A DNA stretch of 64,000 bases, from assembly GCA_024137785.1 (NCBI GenBank), contig JAHRHZ010000249.1, forward strand, positions 75,036,630 through 75,100,629. Direction: 5' to 3'. The stretch is from Ginglymostoma cirratum (Eukaryota). This document shows positions 1 to 14,035 of this stretch, one piece after another; position 1 is the first letter of the stretch; each line of letters begins with the position of its first letter. The position numbers and the translations under genes were made by a program. The notes below the pieces were generated by a model. That model saw only the letters and a program-made list of their open reading frames with translations, was not told where the DNA came from and searched no databases.

Positions 1-101
1 TCAAGCTTTCCTGCTCCTATGATGCTGCTTGGCCTGCTGTGTTCATCCAGCTCCACACCTTGTTATCTCGGATTCTCCAGCATCTGCAGTACCTATTATC
101 T
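1..101 (+). mobile_element. 3' terminus (pseudo-LTR end) of a Penelope-like element, inserted into a CR1 copy
   Basis: ctttcctgctcct..gatgctgcttggcctgctgtgttcatccagc..ccttgttatctc.gattctccagcatctgcag closely matches the ends of the GIY-YIG-bearing copies at 51775-51840 and 63056-63150 (reverse strand). Confidence 0.8.
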
Positions 102-798
102 CTGATCCAGTTTTTTATCCATCTTGCAAGCTCACCTCTAACCCTTTGTGACTTTACCTTCTGTATCAACCTGTCAAAGACCTTACTGAAGTCCATGTAG
201 AGCACATCCCCTGCCCTACCCTCATCGGTCATCTTCGTCACTTCCTTGAAAAACTCAACCAAGTTAGTGAACCATGACGCCCCCTTCATAAAACCATGTT
301 GCCCCTCGCTAATATGCACCTTAAAGCTGTGGCCTCTGGTGACTGACTCTTCCACCCTGGGAAAAGCTTCTGACTGTCCACTCTGTCCATCTCTGTCTCA
401 CTCTCAAGTGGGAGTAAATCCTGTCTCAAAGACTCCTCTCCAATAATTTCGCTACCACTGACGTAAGGCTCACCGGCCTGCAATTAGCTGGATTATCCCT
501 GCCACCCGTCTTAAACAAAGGAACAACGTTGGTTATTTTCCAATCCTCTGGGACCTCCCCTGTAGCCAGTGAGTATACAAACATTTCTTTCAAGGCCTCA
601 GTAATTTCCTCCCTTGCCTCTCTCAGTATTCAGGGCTATATCCCATCAGGCCCTGGGGACTTGTCTACTGTAATGTTTATCAAGACCCCTAATACCTCCT
701 CCCTTTTGATTTCAATATGACCTAAACTATCTACACACCCTTCCCCAGACTCATCATCCACCAAGTCCTTCTCTACGTCGAATACTGACGCAAAGTAC
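102..798 (-). mobile_element. CR1 LINE fragment (RT region, rearranged)
   Basis: Translation gives QHGFMKG..TNLVEFFKEVTKMTDEGRAGDVLYMDFSKVFD (ORF 17..355), and the upstream part has the KSPGPDGIYP motif; frameshifts and stops are present. Confidence 0.9.
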
Positions 799-2767
799 AA
801 CATAATGAAAGGATTTTTTAATTAAAATATAAACAAACTTACATTTGATAACCGAACCAGACAACTGCTTCTCCAAAAGTTACATCGACAATCACTTCCC
901 TGTTTTGAGCCTTACTGCTTCAATTCACAATTGATCCCCAACAAATCGAATTCACAGTAAATCTGTGACCTAACCAAACACCACAATATAAAACAGAAAA
1001 AGAATGAATTAGTTGAGTTTGCTGTTTTTTGATATTATAACGTTGATGCAGTCCTCAAGGAAATGAGTTTCATTAACAGCAACTTATTAAAGAAGTTGTC
1101 AAAGAGTAGAAACAGCCTAATGTTCTTGTTCACTGCCGCGTTATAGATTTTGTATTTGTTGGTTTAAAAAGGGCAAGATTTCCTTGAAAATAATGTGAGC
1201 TTTCCTTCATTTCCGTAGGTCATATCAGACTAAATAATATTTGAATACATCATCATGTTAACATTGCATTATAAGCAGCTCTTCCCTAACCGCTAAACAA
1301 AGTGTGAAGTATTTTTTGATAAAAAATATTACTCCTTTAAATTACAAAAAAGTCAGAGAAAGCAGCAATATTTTTAAATTAATTTTACTTTCCTGACTAA
1401 TTTTAGACAACCCATACGACTATAGAAACTACAAATTTGAACATTGTGGATGCAATTGCCCTGAAAACTCATGAGAAAAAAAAAGTTTCTTCAAGAGTGG
1501 GATTGACTTTGTCATTATTGTTTCAAACAACAGAAGAAAAGAGCCCCTAAAGAAATGTATTAATGTTCCAGTAACAGATGTTATATGCTTTTGGTTGTCT
1601 GATATTGTGTAATATATATATATACAAACACTCACCTCTTTAAGCAAGGTAGATTTAATTGTTTTTTTTTCTCCTTGAATGTTCATTGTGAAAGATAGCG
1701 TTGAGAAATTGTGGTACATGTCTGGACTACATCAAGGCCATCGTTTACACCCTGTCTGGAGCTCAAATCCTCGGTTTAATTTTTATTTGGCTCAAATCCA
1801 GCTGAGATAAAAAGATGATTGCTAATGATGAATTTGAGCTGGGCTGCCAAAGAGCAAGCACCCCATTCTTCAGGGAACCACAAGCAACAAATGACAGACC
1901 AAAGATGAATGATCAACCACTCAAATTAATTTTTTTAATATCTATTTTAAGGGCATTCAAATGATTGCTCAATAAATGCATAACTGGAGCTGCAGAACAA
2001 ACTGTTGATAACAGTTAATACTTAAGTACATTATCATTTACTATCTAAAATAAGGATTAGTAGTTAGACTGCACACCACAGAGTTCACTGACCATATACA
2101 CCATTAGTTTCTCTTTTGCAGATGAGCTATTTCTGGTTTTACATTTTATTTCATTTTTCTTTTGAATGTTCATATCAACCAGTGCTGCTGCAACTTATTG
2201 CTCATCTGGAAGTTTTTCTATAGTTGTAGCTTGCTGAGGTATTTACGATTCAAATCCATGCGAATGAGTGAAGTGCTGGTACCCTGTGATAGACATACCC
2301 AAAATAAATTAGCACTTGTCCCTTCCAGTATAAGTGCATTTTAACTAAAACCTTGGACAGAATCTTCTAAGGATTTGAGCGATGTGAGATACGGGGGGTG
2401 AGGGAGGTGGGGGGGTGCAGGGTGCGCAGTGGGTGGAGATGTGTGGGAGAATCGGGACTGAAGCCCAATGAAGCCCATCTTGATGTTGGAATCATTTCTC
2501 TCCATGTGATATGGTGAGATTCTCACCAGGCACTGGTGAGTTGCCAATTGTCAAGGATTAACACTTACTAAGCTGCTTGCTGATGGCCCAACTAGCCTCA
2601 TTAATATTCCCATTACCAAACATGCCAAACAAACCAACCACTGGGGAAAGCCTGATAAGAAAACCAGAGCAGGAATTTGTTGTCTTTAAGCTGCCTGCTC
2701 CTTCAAACAACCTCCATCTTGCCCATGACCAATCTACAGAGCAGGGCAAGATCAATGAGCCCCATCA

Positions 2768-3070
2768 GGGCACAGTGGCTCAGTGGTTAGCACTGCTGCC
2801 TCACAGTGCCAGCAACCTGGGTTCGATTCCACCCTCGGGCAACTGTCGGTGAGGAGTTTGCACATTCTCCCTGTGTCTGTGTGGGTTTTCCCCGGGTGCT
2901 CCCACAGTCCAAAGATGTGCAGGTTAGGTGTATTAGCCATGCTAAATTGCCTGTAGTATTCAGGGATGTGTAGATTAAGTGGGTTATAGTGGGGTGGGTC
3001 TGAATGGGATGCTTGGTGTGGACCTGTTGGGCTGAAGGGCTTGTTTCTACACTGTAGGGATTCTATGATT
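2768..3070 (+). mobile_element. HE1-type (V-SINE) tRNA-derived SINE
   Basis: A-box tggctcagtggttagc, B-box ggttcgattcc, V-domain gagtttgcacattctccctgtgtctg..cccacagtccaaagatgtgcagg, and a CR1-like tail ending ttctatgatt. Confidence 0.9.
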
Positions 3071-5600
3071 CACCAACATGTTCCCTTCCACCACAAACAC
3101 TGCCAGGCAACTGTCAGGAGGCCATCACCACCATGCTGGTATCTCTCCAAAGCAATAGCAGGGCACCCTGCAAGTCCAGGCCTGTCCAGTGGACAAACTG
3201 GCAACCAGGAGTACATGGTTGCACTGGGTATAGTTACCATACAGGGAGAAGCATGTAGTCCACAGTGTAGGTCAGGCTGCCTTCCAGGGCTGCTCCCTTC
3301 TCTGCATGGCATGTTAGTAACATATGAATGTCTTTCCTACCCTTGCCTGGTTCTGCCATGCCTTGCAGTAGCAATTGGCACAGTCACACATCCAGGCAGG
3401 TGACAGTGCTGTGCATCAATCCCGGATCAAGGATGTTTATATGTGTTTAGTACCTGACCATGTGGCACTAGTGTTCATGCCAAGCACTTTGCATCTGCAG
3501 GAGGCAGTGGGAAACTTCTGAAAGTCATAGGGGACTTGTCCGCAATGAAGTTTATAGGAGTAGCAGTCAGTCAGGGAGGCTCGGCACAGTTAGTCAAGGG
3601 GAGCCTCCTAAACCAGTCCCAGGCTTCGACTATGGTCAGGCGCCCAGTGGGTTTCTTTGTGCAGATGTCCATGTCTACATGCTGCAGGGAGCAGGTCACT
3701 GTCAGTCCTTTGCCTCCATATGGACCAGTCCAAGGAGCATGTCTGCAGTTGGGGACATAAGACACCACCAGTCTGGACCAGTGCTGCACATCAGCAGACT
3801 TGAGGGGGTGGGCCATTATCATCTGTCACCTCCATTACACTAAGATTAAGGAAACATGGTGTGAAGTTTGGAGGTGGGGTTGGGACTGGTAGGCAGATAT
3901 AGTCAAATATACACAACTTAGGTGATATTCTGGGGAAGCGTGAAACCATCCTGCAGCATTGACCATGTCTGTGTGTTGCACCTCCCTGGCACTGTCACTG
4001 CTGGGGAAATGCCTGAGACACACACCCTCATGCACACATACAGCTGAACAATGGACAATGTTGAGAATGCCATGTACACATATTGCTACCCCTGCGGCCA
4101 CATGATGTAATTGGTGCCCATTGTAAACTCTTAACCATTGTGTCACGTTCCTGTCCACACAGCGATGCCACACAGAACAATGACAGGTCTAGGCCCAACA
4201 CTGAGACATGGATAACTGCATGAACAGTGAAAAATATGTCTTTCTGAGTCAAACAGTACAATTTTCTTCTTTTCTCCCTCCACTGTGACACTGAGTTCCT
4301 CTGTTCTGCAGTGGGGTGAAGGGTGCCTGCTACTTGCTGGAGGCTATTGGCCCTGAAGGTTTGGTCAGACAGGGGCGTTTGGGTTTCAGTTGGCCAAACA
4401 TGCTGAGGTAATTTAACTCTTCTTGGCCTGAACTTCCAAGGGTTGGAGGTGGGGTAGGCAGGGTGGAGGAAAGGTCCTGGCTAGCTCCTGATCTGAATCT
4501 ACTGAGGGGCCTGCACCTCGTGTCACCACCCTGTCTCTTTCTGGGGAGGAGCAGCTGGACTGGCTTTGCACCCCTCTCTTGTCCTGCCTTTAGTCCTGAG
4601 ATGAGCAAGGAATGCAATATGGGTATTTGCAACCCTCCAGTTGCCTGAGGGAACTGGGCCTGTCTCTCCCTGATAGCCACCAACCTGGCCACGTTGTTGC
4701 AGTACGTGCTGCATCGCTCCAGCTTTTCCCCGATGAGGACCAGTGAGTCCTGTACATCTGTCTGCTGCTGCTCCCTTTGCATTTGTGTGGGAGTCCCTGA
4801 TAGCTCCTCTGAGCTAGTGACCTCGGACAGTTCTCCCTCAACCATCTGGGGGACAGTCACTGAGAGGTCCTCAGCAGCCTTTAATCCCACACTCTGGTCA
4901 CCTATTGACGCTGATTGACATTTCACTATCAGAGCTCGTCCAGGTCCAGGAGGCAGCTTCCCTCCCGACCCTGGACACTGTTATCAGCAGAGCTTAGAGA
5001 CATGTCCTCTCAGGGAGATGGGTCTCTCTCTGCAGATGGATCTGGGATACTGACTGTAAGACACAAGAGACAGAAGACCTCGTGCGCACAGGTGGGGGTG
5101 GTCAGCAAGACAGTCCATCTCTCTGCATCACAAGTGAGCGATGGGGAGCCAATTCAGCTTGTAAGGGCCACCTAAGGTCTACTGTAGGAGAGCGACCAGC
5201 ATTATCCAACCAGCCTCCAAGTATCTACAGGTACCAAGGGACAGTTGAGTCCAGTGGCAGTGCTAACTATCGCTTAGAGTCCCTTCCCATCTGGCTGAGC
5301 ATAGCAGGCCATCTGCTGCAGGTCACACTGCCAACACAATCCCCAACCCATGGTAACAGTTTCCCGGCAGCAAAAGTCATTTTTAATTTGAAATCTGGAG
5401 AGGTTGGAGTACCGTTGATCTATTTTTGGGTGTCCTCCCCCAACACTTACCTGTCACAGCATCTTTCTGCTCTTTTCAAGCGGAAAAGCCACCCTGTAGA
5501 CCCTATACGTTCGAGAGACCAGTATAGCTACCATTTGACCAACTCAGGAAATTCAGTGAGGAACTGTTTCCCAGAGTATACAGGCTGCTGACCTCCTGTG
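3071..5600 (-). mobile_element. Probable decayed Harbinger-type DNA transposon segment (accessory ORF region)
   Basis: GC-richer block. ORF 4330..4926 (acidic/Gln-rich, then a Pro/Arg-rich tail) resembles the C-terminal part of Harbinger Myb/SANT accessory proteins as I recall them; a minus-strand acceptor tcttgtgtcttacag lies near 5064-5078. No catalytic motif seen. Confidence 0.3.
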
Positions 5601-5622
5601 GAGAATTCTTTCAGAGTTTGAA

Positions 5623-6068
5623 GTCGTAGATTCATACAGCACGGACGCAGACCCTTCAGTCCAACTCATCCTCGCACATCCCAATCTGACCTAATCCCAT
5701 TTGTTAGCATTTGGCCCATTTCCCTCTAAACCTTTACTATTAATACACCCATCCAGATGCCTTTTAAATGTTGTCTTTTTACCTGCCACCATCACTTCCT
5801 CTGGCAGCTTGTACCATGCACACACCACCCTCTACATGAAAAAGTTGCCCCTCAGATCTATTGTAAATCTTTCCCCTCTCACCTTAAACTTATGCTCTCT
5901 AGTTTTGGACTCCCTAAGTGGGAAAAAGACATTGGCTATTCATCCTATTCATACCCATCAATATTTCATAAACATTTATAAGGTCACCCTTCAGCATCCA
6001 ACGCTCCAGGGAAAGATACCCCATCCTATTCAGCCTCTCCGTATAATTCAAACTTTCTAATCCTCTGC
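5623..6068 (-). mobile_element. CR1/HER1 LINE 3' end
   Basis: ORF 5914..6120 contains LESLNYTERLNRMGYLSLERWMLKGDLINVYEILMGM (CR1 ORF2 C-terminus), followed by the 3' UTR. Confidence 0.9.
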
Positions 6069-7691
6069 AGGAAAACTCTAACTGACCTGTCTGCTTCTGA
6101 AAATTAATGTGGAGTCTCATGTCTTGGGACTTTAATTGTAACTGAAGATTCAGAAAATATTTATTTTTGTGTTTTTTTTAACCTCTCTTTGACTTAATCC
6201 AGTTTTTCTATTTTAACGTCTCCCTATGATTTGGCATTTAATAAATGTTTGAATTGACACATCTTAATTCAGGTTTTTTCCATTCTTCAATGTAATAAAG
6301 AGGTAGTTGATTGCCCTGTTATCTCTCCTAGGTTCCCTTTAGGAGTTGCCGCAATGAAATGGATTTTTAATCACTACAATTTCCACAGTAAAAGGCATCC
6401 ATGAGCAAGTATAAGTATAATGAATAGCTAATGCCATACATCTGTCCACTGATTACAGGCCAATAATTATTCAGCTCAAATACATAGAATTGTCTTTAGC
6501 ATAGACTGATGAGCTGAAATTGTCCTTTATCTGTTAGCTTTCGATCATGTGAAAAAACCCTTGAGCATACTCAGTGTGCACAATGTCCTTCATTTCATGT
6601 TGACCATCTTAGAGGTCATTGACATTGCTACTTTACAGTTGAGGTTTAAGCATTTTATTGAACTGAGTAGCTGGTCCTTTAAGAGAACACTTTTACAATT
6701 GTGCCCTATGAGGCATGGAGGGTGAGGTGTGAAACAGGACTGTGCTTCTCATCCTACAGTTACGCATACTAATGTATATTAGTACTTTTTTTAAATGTTA
6801 GTTTTGGCTCAAGCGTATCGCTTCTTTAGGTCAATAGATGATGCTTCCAAATTCCACTCTAGGAGATGAATACATAATCTAGGCTGGTTTTACTGTACTG
6901 AGAGTGCACTGCAATACCAGAGGTTCTCTCTTTTTGAAAATGATACAAACTATATCCCCATCTGTCCCATGCAATGATTTGAAACCAAGTAAAATAGTAA
7001 TTTGAGACATGCTATGTGATAAGTGCAGTAGGAGAAATAGATGACTTTGGATCAATGGTTCACAGTGTTTTTCATCACTCATTAATGTACGGTCTCTGAG
7101 CTTGGCTTTCCATTGGAAACTTGCACTCGGCACCTGGACTGAGGTGGTTAAAAGTCCACTATGTTTATCATAACAAACAAGATCAATACTCACATAATAT
7201 ATACCATCTGAATTAAAATATCTATTGCAATGATGGCAGAGATCCCAAAAGGCACTTTAACAAAAATGTAAGGTGCCTGAATAAGAATTTACAAGAAAAA
7301 TCTAGATGAATGATTTTGTCGCAAAGGCAAGTTTGTACAATAAATTTAGTCTAGACTTTGTTTCTTAAGATCAATGTCTTACAAATATGAAGTCAAATGC
7401 CATCCATTAGCTGTGGATTATAACTTATCCTAAACACATCGTGCATCCAGAGATAATGAAGGGAGCAAGATGAAGTCACAGCTGTTTTATGTACATTATT
7501 ATTTAAACAGAAGCCATTAAAGGGTTATCCATCACTTCAAAAGTGCTGGTTTAATCTATGACCATATATTGTTTTGCAATTCCATTGCAATGAAAATGTT
7601 GTTGTTTATGTTCTGCATCTGAGAAACTAGATGAAATCCCTATCTGTGTTGAAGTTGATGATCCATCAGAAAACTCTTTCTCCTCCACTAG

Positions 7692-7990
7692 GGGATTTCT
7701 CAAGGCTCTGTTCTAATCCCCATTATATTACATTGTTAATAACAAGGCTTCCTCCACTCATCATCAAAATTACTTTGCATTTTGCTGAAAATTCCACTCT
7801 GTATTTATCTATGTCCTCCCAACTACGTGCTTTCAGTGTGCATAATCCTCTAATCCTCTTGCACTATAATCATGAAATCGCAATCGTTTTCATGGTCTAT
7901 GCAAGGGCACACAAAAACCTAGCACTTTCAGATATCTATTTCTTGATGTCTGTCACCTACCGAACTAACAGCTTCCACCTGTTGTTGGGT
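7692..7990 (+). mobile_element. Ancient L2-type RT remnant
   Basis: GISQGSVLIP (cf. GVPQGSVLGP) at ~7692 and FAENSTLYLS (cf. YADDTQLYLS) at ~7781, in different frames. Confidence 0.55.
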
Positions 7991-8804
7991 CTATCCTTGG
8001 TCTGTCAACATTGTGCGTCTCAAAACCTCCAATGAACTAAAGGGCAACTCCCCTATTTCCTTTATTGCTAGAACTATCCCAAGAGCCCTGTTTATTCTTG
8101 CATGCCAAACACATCTCTCTTTTCAACAACTTAATAAAGTTTGAGTCCTTACTAAGACAATGTTCGGATATTTGGAAGGCTCATTCAACACATCTCAGCA
8201 TTGGTCCAACAAGTGTTTGTCATATGATAGGCAATCTCTCCATCATACACACACTCTTCTGATTTTAAAATATAGTGAGGAAAAGGATCTCCTTGTGTTG
8301 TACCGGGTGATACTTCCTGAAGTTCAATTCGGTTATTGCTAATGAGAAAGACTAAACAGGAGTGGATAAAAATGACAGCATCACATTATATAAAAGAACA
8401 GTGTCTTTTGCTAGCATTTGTTGAGATCAACATTCAATATTTATGACTCAGGTATATTTGATTCAGCTACTGAGGATGCTATTCCATTTTGAGGTACAGT
8501 GGCAGTGTGCCCACCATTGAGCTAGGAGCTCTGGGCTTAAGACCTACCACATGCAGAGGTGTGTAATAAGATTGCTGAATGGGTTGATTAGGAAAGTATC
8601 TACTATTCAAATTAACTTTTGTCAGGCAACTGGCACATGTTTTAGGAGACCTGGCAAGTTCTTTTATAATAAAAGCAGGAAGTGCTGGACAAGCTCAACA
8701 AGATCTAACAGCATTTGTGAAAAGAGAAGCAGAGTTAGTGCTTCAAATAAATGACCAACTTTAACTCTGTTACTCTCTCAGGATGTTGCTGAGCTGGATC
8801 AATT

Positions 8805-9810
8805 CAAAGGTCCTACATAGGCTGGGTTGGTTTACCTGAGAGCAGACAATGTTGTGGGGGTTATGATTGGGGAGTACAAAATTCTGAGGGGCATAGACAG
8901 GTTAGGTAGGGAGAAATTTTTCCCCTTAATAGATGGGTCAGTAAGCAAGGACACAGTTGATTTAATTTGCTTTATTATTGTCACATGTATCAAAATACAG
9001 TGAAAAATATTGTTTGTAAAGTTTTGAGGAGAGACACAGGAAGTTTAGAGGAGATTTGAAGAAACAATTTTCATCGAGAGGATATTGAGCATTTGGAATT
9101 CACTGCCTAAGAGGAGTTACAGGAGCAAGACCTCTCTTTTTTTCATTCATTCACGGGATGAGGGCATCACTGGCTAGGCAGCATTTATTGCCCATCACTA
9201 ATTGCCCAGAGGGCAGTTGAGAGTCAACCACATTGCTGTGAGTCTGGAGTCACATGTAGGCCAGACCAGGTAAGGATGGCAGTTTCCTTCCCTAAAGGAC
9301 ATTAGTGAACCAGATGGGCTTTTTCCTGACAATCAGCAATGGCTTCATGGTCATCATTAGACTCTTAATTCCAGATATTTTATTGAATTCAAATTCCACC
9401 ATCTGCCATGGTAGGATTCGAACCGGATCCCCAGAACATTATCTGGATCTCTGAATTAACAGTCCAGAGATAATACCACTACACCATCGTCTCCCTGACT
9501 TTTAAGAACTATCTGGATCAACTCTTAAATACCATAGCTTACAAGGCTATGGGTCCAGTGCTGGAGAATGGGATTAAAATAGATGGGTCAAATACTACAG
9601 AAACTCAGCAGAGTCATAACCAACTTGAAACATTAACTCTGCGCAGATGTTTTCAGACCCTCTGAGTTTCTCCGGTACTCACTGTGTTTGTTTCAGATTT
9701 CCATAATCCGCAGTATCTTGTTTACATTAGAATATATGGAAGTTTAGTGACTGGCATGGACACAATGGGACAAAGAGCCTCTTTCTTTGTTGTAAAATCT
9801 TTATGACTCT
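8805..9810 (+). mobile_element. CR1 3' end interrupted by a SINE, a Rex-type tail and PLE scraps
   Basis: tacaaaattctgaggggcatagacagg (YKILRGIDR), tggaattcactgcct (WNSLP), 3' UTR ggctatgggtccagtgctgg and tail ttatgactct. Confidence 0.75.
9135..9497 (-). mobile_element. tRNA-derived SINE, family B (tail ...tgaatgaa-polyA)
   Basis: Reverse complement aligns by eye along its length with the copy at 42721-43078; B-box ggttcgaatcc. Confidence 0.85.
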
Positions 9811-10264
9811 CCACAGATGCTGCCAGATACTTTCCGTCTTTATTTCAGATTTCCAGCATCTGTAGTATTATACTTTTATTTGGCAAATTCATTTGAGTCT
9901 GACATGAGAGCAGAATAGGACCATCAGTTTTGTAACATTTCTGGGTTCCCAAAATCTATAGTCTGATAAAGTTTACAGGCACATAGAATAGCAAATTCCA
10001 ACCATTATTACCATCAACTTTCTTAAGTTAGGGGCAGCCAGCTGTCACCCCCCATGCATCACTACGTAAAGCTCTGAAATTTGAAGTTAGATGCTTGGAA
10101 ATGACAGTACAATTGGTGGAATAACTTAGCAGTAAAGGTAAAACAACAGTGGAATGCCCCTACAATCTTATTTTCTTTTTGTGAATCGGCATTACATTTA
10201 GCTCTGTGTATTGTTCAGTTTTCCCAAGTAGTCTACCCTTTTCTGCAAGTTTTTGGTGCTTGAA

Positions 10265-10643
10265 CTTTTTTTTCTTATTCACTCTGGGACATGGGCATCG
10301 CTAGTTGGCCTGCATTTATTGCCTATCCCTAGTTTCCCTTAAACTGAGCGGCTTCCTAGGCCATTTCAGAGGGTAGTTAAGAGTCAACCACATTGCTGTG
10401 GCTCTGGAGTCATATATTGGCCAGACCAGGTGGGATGGCAGATTTCCTTCCCTGAAAGCCATTTTTCTGACAATTGGCAATGGTTTTATGGACAACAGTA
10501 GATTCTTAATTCCAGAAATTTTTAACGTTGAATTCACATTCCACCATCTGCCATGGCAGGATTTGAACCTGTCTCCCCAGGATTATTATTGAGATCTCTG
10601 GATTAATAATCTAGCATTAGTGCCATTAGGCCATTATCTCCCC
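10265..10643 (-). mobile_element. tRNA-derived SINE, family B
   Basis: Same blocks as 9135-9497: gagtcaaccacattgctgtg, ccagaccagg, ttccttccct, attccaccatctgccatgg. Confidence 0.85.
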
Positions 10644-11482
10644 ACTTACATCAATATTCTTGGCTGTTCCTGTCCTAGGAATTGCATCAATAGAAGCGGT
10701 GAAAAATAGAATACCTATATGGGTTTCAAATGGTATATAAGAAGAAGAGGAACTCATGAAGTGTTCAAAATGCAGCATCAATACCTGAGTAGTTTTCCCC
10801 ATGCCTGTCACTGTTCTAGGATTCCTAGTAGTGGGTGTCTCACCACTTTCCTGAGCACAACAGCTTTCTGAGTCACAGCATTGTGCAAATTGGTATGGGA
10901 TGGCGTACAGAAACTGGGAAGTGGAATGGTTTCATGGAAGGTAGGATATCTGCAGCATGAAACTTTTATCGATCAGGCATTTCTAAGCCATCCCCTGCCA
11001 CATTGAAGACGTTTATGCATTGATCAAGTAGAAGAAAACGCTTGAGTGTAGCTCCATAACTTTCCCTGAGGGGAGGGAATAACAGCCAGGCCCAACATCT
11101 ACTGACAGTTTCCCTCAAGAGAGAAATGAAAAACATTTCAGTTCCCACGCATGGAGCGTCTTCATGTTAATCTTATGGGCATCATGAATGGGAAGAGTTC
11201 ATATTGAATTATTATTCATGTAGTATCTGACCACAGAAACTTATTCATACCTCATAATTGATGACCACTGCCCAGGAAACAGTGACAATGGCAGAATTTT
11301 CCTTGCCTTAGAGCAGCGAGGGCAATGGGAAGAAAGTTGAGAAAATACAATGAGAATGAGAATATCAGAATTTCAACTCTGAGAAAAGAATTTTTGATTT
11401 TCCTTGGAGACTTTAAATGGTGACTTCAGAATCTTGCTATTGAGAGGCAAATATTTTATTTCCATGCTTTTGTATCTCACTG

Positions 11483-14015
11483 TAGACCATAAGACATAGG
11501 AGCAGGATTAGGGCATTCAGCCCATTGAGTCTGTTCTGCTTTTCAATCATGACTGACATTTTTCTCAACCCCATTCTTCTGCCTCTCCCATAACCCTTGA
11601 TCCAATTACCGATCAAGAAACTGTCTATCTCTGTCTTAAATACACACAATGATTAGACCTCCAAAGCCCCCTACAGCCACAAGTTCCACAGATTCAACAT
11701 GCTCTGCTGAAGAAATTCATCCTCACCTCAGATCGAAAGGGTAGTCTCTTTACTCTGAAGCCGTGCTCTCGGGTTCTAGGTTCTCCCATTGGCGGAAACA
11801 TTTTCTCCACGTCCACTCTATCCAGGCCTCTCAGTATTCCGTAGGTTTCAAGGAGATAGCCTCTCATCCTTCTACACTCCATAAGGTACAGACTGCTGCT
11901 CAACTACTCCTCATATGAGAAACCCTTCATTCCTGGGATCATTCTTGGAAATCTCTCTGGAACCCTCCAAGGTCAGTACATACTTCCTTAGATACGGGAC
12001 CCAAAACAATTCACAATATTTTGAATGTGGTCTGACGAGAACCTTATTCAATCTCAGCAATACGCCTCTTGTATTCTAGCCCTCTTGAAATTAATGCTAA
12101 TATTGTATTTGCCTTCCTAACCACAACTGAACCTATGTTAACCTTGAGAGAATCCTGAACTAGGACTACTAAATCCCTCTGATCTTCAGATTTCTGAAGC
12201 ATTTCCCCATTTAGAAAATAATTTACAGCTTTGTTCTTCCTACCAATGTGCATAACCTCACACTCTCCCACATTGTATTCCATCTTCCAATTCTTTGTCC
12301 ACTCTTCTAGACAGCTAGGTCCTCTGCAGCCTCTGTTCCTGCTCAACACTACCGGTCCCGCCAACTACCTTTGTGTCATCTGCAAAAATAGCAACAATGC
12401 CCTCAGTTCCTTTGTGCTGTGTGATGTAAATAGTTGTGGTACTAATGCTGAGCCCTAAGGAACTCCATTAGCCATTGGCAGCCATCCTGCAAAAGACCCC
12501 TTTACCCCCACTCACTGCCTTCTGCTAGTCAACCAATCCTCTATCCATGCCAGTACCTTTTCCCTAATGCCATGGCATCTTACCTTATTTAGCAGCCTCT
12601 TGTATGGCACCTGTCAAAACCTTTGGAAATCCAAATATATCACATCTGTTGGGTCTTCTTTGTCCAACTTGGTCATTACCTCCTCAAAGAATTCTCTGAA
12701 ATTTGACAGGCATGATCTCTTCTTGATGAAGCCATGTTGTCTCTGCCCTATTTTAACATGTACTTCCAAGCACTCAGCAATCTCATCCTTAGTAATGGAC
12801 TCTAAAATCTTACCAATGACCAAGGTCAGGCTAACTGGCCTATAATTCCCGTCTTCTGCCTACTTAAACAGGGGTGTTACATTAGCTTTATTCCAGTCCT
12901 CTGGGACCCTCCCTGACTCCAGTAATTCCTAAAAGATCACCACCAATGGCCTCACAATCTCCTCAGAAATCTCCCTCAGAACTCCGGGGTGTAGTCAATC
13001 TGGTCCAGGTGATGTATCCACCTTCAGACATTTCAGCTTTCCCAGCACCTTCTCCTTAGTGATGGCCATTACACACACTCACTGACTCTCTTGAAGCTTT
13101 GGTACGCTGCTAATGGCTTCCACTGTGAAGACTGATGCAAAGTCCCTATCAGTTCCTCCACCATTTCTTTGTTCCCACTACTAATTTTCCAGTCTCATTT
13201 TTCAGTAGGATTCCAATGTCCACTCATGCCCCGCCCTTACCTTTCAAATGTCTTATAGAAAAAAGACTGTTGCAGCCTTCTTTTATTTACTAGGTAGCTT
13301 ACTCTCATATTTCATCTTCTCCCCTCACCAAAAATCCTCCCCACCCCACATCCTCCCTCCCCCTCGTTGCTTTTTTGTTTTCCTCTGTTGGTTTTTAAAG
13401 GCTTCCTTTAGCTTTGTACTAATCTTCACCACATTGTATGTCTTTTGCTTTTATGCTGTTCCTGACTAACCCTTGTCAGCTATGGTTGTCTTGTCCTCTC
13501 CTGTGTATGTTCCTTCTTCCTTGGGATGAATTTCTGCTCTACCCCTCCCGAATTAATGCCAGAAATTCCTGCCATTGCTGTTCCACTGTCTTCCCTGCTT
13601 GGCTCTTCTTTCAATAAACTCTGGCCGGCAACTCCTTATGTCTTTGTAGTTGTCTTTACTCAATTGTAATATACTTCCATCTGATTCAGTCTTCTCCCTC
13701 TCAAGCTGCAGGGTTAAACTTATCATGTTATGGTCACTGCCCTCCAGGTGCTCCTTCATCTTAAGCTCCTTAATCAAGTCTGCCCCCATAACACATCACC
13801 AAATCCAGAATTGCCTGTTCCCTAGTGAGTTCTACCACAAGCTGCTCCAAACACCTTTTCGTAGACATTCCACAAATTCCTTTTATTGACATTCATCACT
13901 AACCTGATTTTACCATTCCACCTGTATGTTGAAATTCCCCAGGCTTATTATAATAGTATCTGTCTTACATGTCTCTTCTATCTTCTGATTTATTTTTCCC
14001 CAATTCTGACTACTG
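11483..14015 (-). mobile_element. Long CR1 LINE fragment (end of endonuclease, RT, 3' UTR)
   Basis: EHLEGSDHNMI (APE GSDH motif), GKILESITKDEIAECLE..QHGFIKKRSCLSN..DVIYLDFQ, WKMEYNVGECEVMHIG, RRMRGYLLETYGILRGLDRVD; many frameshifts. Confidence 0.92.
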
Positions 14016-14035
14016 TAATGAGTAACTGTTGTAAT

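Noticed and set aside
2768-2835. tRNA gene-like A/B boxes (also at 40105, 42721, 45020)
   Set aside because: They are SINE heads continuing into SINE bodies, with no complete cloverleaf
5082-5591. 169-aa ORF
   Set aside because: GTG start, no domain motif, and it lies in a probable transposon remnant
6503-6526. CTGATGAgctGAAAttgTC hammerhead-like string
   Set aside because: Only 3 nt between the core boxes, so no stem II; no convincing stem I and no PLE context
10626-10811. ORF beginning MTGMGKTT, resembling a Walker A motif
   Set aside because: The upstream Gly of GxxxxGKT and any later NTPase motifs are missing; the ORF is short and runs into a SINE
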